DNA of 21,912 nucleotides from a virus (Duplodnaviria; Heunggongvirae; Uroviricota; Caudoviricetes): IMG/VR virus record IMGVR_UViG_2778261446_000009, positions 1 to 21,912 of that record; one strand, 5' to 3'. Shown piece by piece: positions 17,599 to 21,912 of this stretch (position 1 is its first letter; each line of letters starts with the position of its first letter). The notes under the pieces were generated by a model. It saw only the letters and a program-made list of their open reading frames with translations, ran no database searches and was not told where the DNA came from. The position numbers and the translations under genes were made by a program.

Positions 17599-19098
17599 TT
17601 AAGTTCTCCGTGCGATGGGCCTGATTGGGGCTGGTATCTTTTTCTCTTTTGGTTTTTTGATGTCGCGCATCATTTTGGCGAAGCGGCGCATCATGTATGC
17701 ATAGCGAACGGCTGAGAGAACGTCGTCGTTAAGCTTGACGATCTTCCCGTTTTCATCACGGTGATAGAGGCGAAACTCCTCAAAGAATGGTTCACAGGTG
17801 TTGAATACCTTGAAGCGACCATCTAGCATCATGTCGCGCAATTCAGTGATTCCAGGCTCAACAGCATTACCGCCATCAGGCCATGTCGCATGCTCCTGCA
17901 ACATCATAAATCCAGCGTCTGCATACTGCCCTTTGAGCTGCTCACCGCCGCCCTTCTCGTGCTGGTTTCCGTCATGAGGCCATGCTGTTGGCACTTTATG
18001 CGCCCATGATTTAACCGCTCCCCATGCCTGAACGGCTGTTTTTTCTTTCGCCTTCCACACGCGTGAAACGTAGATTGTGTCTGCGTCCTTATCCCACCAA
18101 AGCTGAACCTGCGCCTGAGGGTGATCCCATCCGAAATCCATCCCGCCAATTACGTAGAAGTGATCAGGACACTCGAACGGCTGACACTTAATCGTCTCTT
18201 CCGGTATCTGGAAGATTCGACCGCTACCCATCGTAGGAATACCGCGAGCACGCGCCTCTCTCTCATGCTCGGGATATGATGCGATGATTTGCTCTTTCTG
18301 CTCGTCGGTGTAGTGCTCAGCGTCATAGATGGTCATGTTGACCACTTTCTGCGACTTGCTTGGATTCTTCAGGAACTTGGTAACAACGTCAGACATCCCC
18401 ATCAGAGGGGTAAACGTCAGAATTGAGAATTGCCCGTATTTGTTGGTACGGGTAAGCCCTTCGCCATAAATGCTGTATGGTGGCTCTTCGTCAAACCACA
18501 CGCCGTGGATTGTGTCACCCTGCCAGCGAGCGCGGCCTTGCGAGTATGGTTTGAAGTAGCAGATTGAAATGCCATCTTCAACGCCATCAGCCGTGTGATG
18601 CTTAACCAGAAGATGATCAACAAGGTTCGGAAAGAAAGGAGACTTCTTCCAGCTAATGATGTCTTCTTTCGGTATGGAACCGTAGCCAGGCTCATCATTC
18701 TCTTCGATACGACCGCACAGGATGCGTTGAGTCGTTTTGGTTACCGTCTCGTTTGTCTCGCCGCCAATCCAGAAGACAACAGGCTCATAGAAACGCTTAC
18801 CTTTCCACTCACCGCCATATTTACCATCAGCAGGATAGCCTTTTGTGCCCGGGTAACGCCCGGTAAGGTGAAACGCGACTTCAGCAGCACCAGTAAATGA
18901 CTTACCAAGCTGGTTACCAGCCATAAAACATCGCTCTGGATAGTCATGCCCGGCGTCGATGAACTCACGCTGTTTGCTGTATGGCGTAAATTCATATAGC
19001 AGGTGTGTGTTACGGTAGTTCTCTTCTTCTTCGAGTAGCTCGAGCAATTCGATTTGCTCTTCGTCGCTCAGGTTATCAAGAATCGCGTCCAGTTCCAC
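17599..19098 (-). CDS. gp2: Terminase large subunit, P22 gp2 homolog
   Basis: 499 aa. [37 protein letters not shown]... matches P22 gp2. Immediately upstream of the portal gene. Confidence 0.95.
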   Translation of the reverse strand: MELDAILDNLSDEEQIELLELLEEEENYRNTHLLYEFTPYSKQREFIDAGHDYPERCFMAGNQLGKSFTGAAEVAFHLTGRYPGTKGYPADGKYGGEWKGKRFYEPVVFWIGGETNETVTKTTQRILCGRIEENDEPGYGSIPKEDIISWKKSPFFPNLVDHLLVKHHTADGVEDGISICYFKPYSQGRARWQGDTIHGVWFDEEPPYSIYGEGLTRTNKYGQFSILTFTPLMGMSDVVTKFLKNPSKSQKVVNMTIYDAEHYTDEQKEQIIASYPEHEREARARGIPTMGSGRIFQIPEETIKCQPFECPDHFYVIGGMDFGWDHPQAQVQLWWDKDADTIYVSRVWKAKEKTAVQAWGAVKSWAHKVPTAWPHDGNQHEKGGGEQLKGQYADAGFMMLQEHATWPDGGNAVEPGITELRDMMLDGRFKVFNTCEPFFEEFRLYHRDENGKIVKLNDDVLSAVRYAYMMRRFAKMMRDIKKPKEKKIPAPIRPIARRT

Positions 19099-19564
19099 GG
19101 TTGAATAGCTCCTTGATACGAGAGCGCCGCTTATCGCGATCTCCCTTATCAGGTGTCACGTCTTCAACTTGCGACTGCTCTTTGAGTCCCAAATCACGGG
19201 CGATGATGTTAGCGTTGAGAAGGTCGGCGGCTGCGCCAGAGAATTTCTGGTCGTAGATGACCTGTTCTGCTCGCGTAACGACTTCAGATAAATCTTCTCG
19301 CAGGCGATATGTGCGCCATGTTTCAAGCGTCACATCAATGAACAGAGTGAGGCCGGTAATGGTCATCGCTCGCATCTTGGCGATAGGCTCTTGTATCACT
19401 TCACCCTGATACGAGAACGCCTTCATCTCCCATAGCGGGTTAGCTTCTACCCACTCGAAGTATTCACAACAAGCAGCCCACAGCGCCTCAGGCGATTCGA
19501 ATTTAGGGTTTCGCCCATGACTACTGCGGGCCTCCCAAAATCGGTTGCCCTTTGGTGCTGCCAT
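19076..19564 (-). CDS. gp3: Terminase small subunit, P22 gp3 homolog (start taken at the second ATG)
   Basis: [48 protein letters not shown]... matches P22 gp3. The tool's start at 19570 adds MN. Overlaps the large terminase start by 23 nt. Confidence 0.9.
   Translation of the reverse strand: MAAPKGNRFWEARSSHGRNPKFESPEALWAACCEYFEWVEANPLWEMKAFSYQGEVIQEPIAKMRAMTITGLTLFIDVTLETWRTYRLREDLSEVVTRAEQVIYDQKFSGAAADLLNANIIARDLGLKEQSQVEDVTPDKGDRDKRRSRIKELFNRGTGRDS
19276..19297 (-). other. pac-like headful packaging recognition sequence inside the small terminase gene
   Basis: The minus strand reads GAAGATTTATCTGAAGTCGTTA (encoding EDLSEVV). This matches my recollection of the 22-bp P22 pac site located within gene 3; recalled, not verified. 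Confidence 0.45.
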
Positions 19565-19587
19565 ATTCATCTCACTTATTTGTTATT

Positions 19588-19767
19588 TCAGGCTGATGAC
19601 TCTTTCGCGCTTTCAATCAGTGACTGCTTCAGCAATTCGAGTGTGCCAATCGCCTCGCATAAACTGACTTCACCATCGTAATCATGAATGACGCTTTCCA
19701 GCCGCTCGTATAGCTCTTGAGTAATTGGGAATTTCTTCTCCTTACCCAAATTGATTACGCGGCTCAC
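19588..19767 (-). CDS. Possible small ORF (59 aa, GTG start) between the ORF80-like gene and the small terminase; not in the ORF track
   Basis: Manual translation: (M)SRVINLGKEKKFPITQELYERLESVIHDYDGEVSLCEAIGTLELLKQSLIESAKESSA. GTG at 19765-19767 is 7 nt downstream of a GGAG located within the end of the preceding gene. No recognisable motif. Confidence 0.3.
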   Translation of the reverse strand: MSRVINLGKEKKFPITQELYERLESVIHDYDGEVSLCEAIGTLELLKQSLIESAKESSA

Positions 19768-19768
19768 A

Positions 19769-20011
19769 TCATGCTCCGGTAGTGAACAGGTCTAACGCTT
19801 CCTTCGATTTACGCACCGCTTCGATAGTGCGAGTCGTGATATCTGAATTAGCGCCGCCTGACTGGAAGTGAATTTTGAATAGCTCAAGCTTCAGTTCGTC
19901 AGTGCCAATGAACTGAAATGCTTCCTCTGCGGCTGCGTTCTGGTTCATGACCAGTTTGTAAATCTCTAACTGGAATTTCTGTTCTTCAGTCATGGGAATA
20001 ATCTCTGCCAT
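19769..20011 (-). CDS. Hypothetical phage protein (80 aa), ORF80-like, upstream of terminase
   Basis: Intact ORF with GGAG 7 nt upstream of the ATG. Small ORFs at this position are typical of P22-like genomes. Function unknown. Confidence 0.55.
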   Translation of the reverse strand: MAEIIPMTEEQKFQLEIYKLVMNQNAAAEEAFQFIGTDELKLELFKIHFQSGGANSDITTRTIEAVRKSKEALDLFTTGA

Positions 20012-20258
20012 TGTTGGCTCCGTTTATCCGTTAAAAGGGATATCAGTTAAGTTATCCCGTGTAGGGTATAAGCCATTGTCGAGACCACTCATGGAATGGC
20101 CTCTGCAATAACCGATGTCTTTCCATCAGTCCGCCACCACAAAGAATCTTTTTTGCCTTAAGGCTGGAGGTTCATCTTTCAGTGGCTGCCAGTGTTATTT
20201 CCCCACTTACTGGCTTGGGTTGTTTCGCTGTACTGCCGTTAATTGGTGAGTCCGGGGA

Positions 20259-20744
20259 TTATTTCAGTTCGTTACCAGGCATTTCTTTTAGCTCTTTCAA
20301 ATGACAACGATTGAGACTAAACCACTCCCCGTGCGACCTATAGTTGTAATATTTTTGGTGCAATTTGGTTTCAAGCTCTCTATCGGCCGGAATCTTTGCA
20401 ATTAGATTTAGCTTCCCACCACTCATGCGAGATATCTCTGAAATTCGTTTATTAACCCTGCGACTAAACCCTATTTTTGTTAGCCCACTATCTTCAGCAT
20501 GCAGAACGTACACATATGATTTTTGCGAAGCACTGGGTGCGACTTTGTTGTAATTAATCATGTCAAACATGAAGCCTTGCTTTAGCAAAGTTTCAAAAAA
20601 GATAGAATTAACACACCCATTCCTTCTCAGCTCTGCACTTAGCTTGTCAATTTCCTCTATGATGTCGCCAGATCCCTTTCCACTTATAAGAAAATCTTGG
20701 TACATGCGACCAATTCTTGAGGTAATTTCAACAAAGTTATTCAT
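20259..20744 (-). CDS. T5orf172 (GIY-YIG-like) domain protein with an unknown N-terminal domain; AT-rich moron
   Basis: C-terminal half SYVYVLHAEDSGLTKIGFSRRVNKRISEISRMSGGKLNLIAKIPADRELETKLHQKYYNYRSHGEWFSL fits the T5orf172 pattern (YVYxL...KIGxT...ELExxLH...GEWF). RBS AAGG precedes the ATG at 20742-20744. The DNA is markedly more AT-rich than the flanking terminase and lysis genes. Confidence 0.65.
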   Translation of the reverse strand: MNNFVEITSRIGRMYQDFLISGKGSGDIIEEIDKLSAELRRNGCVNSIFFETLLKQGFMFDMINYNKVAPSASQKSYVYVLHAEDSGLTKIGFSRRVNKRISEISRMSGGKLNLIAKIPADRELETKLHQKYYNYRSHGEWFSLNRCHLKELKEMPGNELK

Positions 20745-20890
20745 AGCGTTTACCTTTTAGAAAGATGAGCCTGTTCGCACAGAAAAGCCGTCCCCGAGAT
20801 GGTCGCCACCATATACGGCAATTCTCAGGCTCAGCTTTCTGAAAGACTCGGGATTGTTACGCGCTGCGATGCGCGGTTTACTGCAGATGT

Positions 20891-20914
20891 AAAAAAGCCC
20901 CGCGAATGCGAGGC
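20891..20914 (-). terminator. Rho-independent terminator (minus strand) about 175 nt downstream of Rz
   Basis: On the minus strand, GCCTCGC-attc-GCGGGGC (one G-U wobble) followed by TTTTTT. Confidence 0.5.
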
Positions 20915-21088
20915 TAAATCCTGGTATTTGTAATGACTGGCTCTTATCTCAACGCAGCCCCTTACCGCGCGCAAAATGCTCAATATCAAGCATCAGCAAT
21001 GAGATGTTTAATCTGGATTCACTCCAGAAGTGATCACCACCCTGTCTACAGAGCCAGATGTGAAGGATGATGAGTAAAATTATCGCTA

Positions 21089-21556
21089 TCATCGAAGGCA
21101 TTGCGTCCTGATGTATTCCTGAAGCGTTCTCAGTGCTGTTTGGTCGCGGATAATTCCGTCCCGGATACCGAGAACGTTTCGTCCAGCAACTGGAGAGAGT
21201 TCGACGGTGGCATCATTGCCCATGCCGGAGGCGCTGGAGGTTTCGGCTGAGGATGGCACAGGGCATTTTCCTTTGACGAGCACCCTGCCACCATTATCAA
21301 GCTTGCGCCGAAGAGCATCATTTTCAGCTTTCGCATCAGCTAACTCCTTCGTGTATTTAGCATCAAGTGCATCAGCATCACGCTGGCGCTGCTGCATGTC
21401 AGTAATGGTGGCAGTCGCCTGCTTCAGCTCACTGACTTTTTTATCGCGCTGCTCTTTGTAGGTAATGGCGTTATCACGGTAATGATTAACAGCCCATGAC
21501 AGGCAGACGATGATGCAGATAATCAGAGCGGAGATAATCGCGGTTACTCTGCTCAT
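21089..21556 (-). CDS. Rz: Rz i-spanin, lambda Rz-like
   Basis: [34 protein letters not shown]...[19 protein letters not shown]... closely matches lambda Rz. Start overlaps the R stop (ATGA). Confidence 0.9.
   Translation of the reverse strand: MSRVTAIISALIICIIVCLSWAVNHYRDNAITYKEQRDKKVSELKQATATITDMQQRQRDADALDAKYTKELADAKAENDALRRKLDNGGRVLVKGKCPVPSSAETSSASGMGNDATVELSPVAGRNVLGIRDGIIRDQTALRTLQEYIRTQCLR
21130..21336 (-). CDS. Rz1: Rz1 o-spanin lipoprotein, embedded in Rz in the +1 frame
   Basis: [19 protein letters not shown]... contains the lipobox VAGC followed by a Pro-rich segment [11 protein letters not shown], resembling lambda Rz1. Entirely nested within Rz. Exact start uncertain. Confidence 0.75.
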   Translation of the reverse strand: MRKLKMMLFGASLIMVAGCSSKENALCHPQPKPPAPPAWAMMPPSNSLQLLDETFSVSGTELSATKQH

Positions 21557-21912
21557 ACCTCAATCTCTCTGACCGTTCCGCCTGCTTCTTTGAATTTTGC
21601 AATCAGGCTGTCAGCCTTATGCTCGAACTGACCATAACCAGCGCCCGGCAGTGAAGACCAGATATTGCTGCAACGGTCGATTGCCTGACGAATATCACCG
21701 CGATCAATCATAGGTAAAGCGCCACGCTCTTTAATCTGTTGCAGTGCCACAGCGTCCTGGCTTTTAGGAGAGAAGTCTTTCAGGCCAAGCTGCTTACGGT
21801 AGGCATCCCACCAACGGGAAAGAAGCTGGTAGCGCCCGGCGGCTGTTGATTTGAGTTTGGGGTTTAGCGTGACAAGTTTGCGAGGGTGATCGGAGTAATC
21901 AGTGAATAGCTC
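21553..21912 (-). CDS. R: Endolysin (lambda R-type lytic transglycosylase), 5'-truncated by the window edge
   Basis: The frame is open to the window end. Translation [85 protein letters not shown]... is near-identical to the C-terminal two-thirds of lambda R. The tool ORF 21553..21750 is only the part after an internal Met. Confidence 0.9.
   Translation of the reverse strand, partial: ELFTDYSDHPRKLVTLNPKLKSTAAGRYQLLSRWWDAYRKQLGLKDFSPKSQDAVALQQIKERGALPMIDRGDIRQAIDRCSNIWSSLPGAGYGQFEHKADSLIAKFKEAGGTVREIEV

Noticed and set aside
20980-21060. Possible tRNA-like T-arm (CTGG-agtgaat-CCAG) in the non-coding region after Rz
   Set aside because: The loop lacks the TTC signature of a T-loop, and no acceptor or anticodon arms could be built around it. 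Not called as a tRNA.
1-21912. CRISPR arrays, tRNA or rRNA genes, integrase or attachment site
   Set aside because: No regularly spaced direct repeats, no cloverleaf-compatible segments and no recombinase-like ORF were seen. The window appears to lack the prophage integration module.

Overview
This window reads as the late (morphogenesis) region of a P22-like lambdoid prophage, almost entirely on the minus strand. All homology calls come from recognising protein sequences and motifs by eye; no database search was run. From high to low coordinate: a lambda-type lysis cassette (5'-truncated R endolysin, Rz with embedded Rz1); a non-coding stretch with an intrinsic terminator; an AT-rich moron encoding a T5orf172-domain protein; an ORF80-like gene; P22-type small and large terminase (with a pac-like site inside the small terminase gene); portal; scaffold; coat; gp4; gp10; gp26 tail needle; gp14; and the gp7/gp20/gp16 ejection proteins. 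The coat gene carries an in-frame TAG at codon 146, at the position of a conserved Trp, so it is either a nonsense/amber mutant, a defective prophage, or a base-call error. After gp16 comes an AT-rich plus-strand two-gene cassette: a CI-like HTH+S24 repressor that appears to lack the catalytic Ser and the Ala-Gly cleavage site, and a small membrane-anchored coiled-coil protein. Next is an immI-like region on the minus strand: arc (57 aa, missed by the ORF track), a Bro-N/AntA-like gene, a candidate sar-like antisense RNA unit on the plus strand, a second antirepressor gene and a 73-aa ORF, ending at a bidirectional terminator shared with a convergent mnt homolog. The tailspike is chimeric: a P22 gp9-like head-binding N-terminus joined to an AT-rich domain with SGNH/GDSL-esterase-like motifs. 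At the low-coordinate edge is a UmuD-like gene preceded by a near-consensus LexA box. No tRNA, rRNA or CRISPR array was seen.
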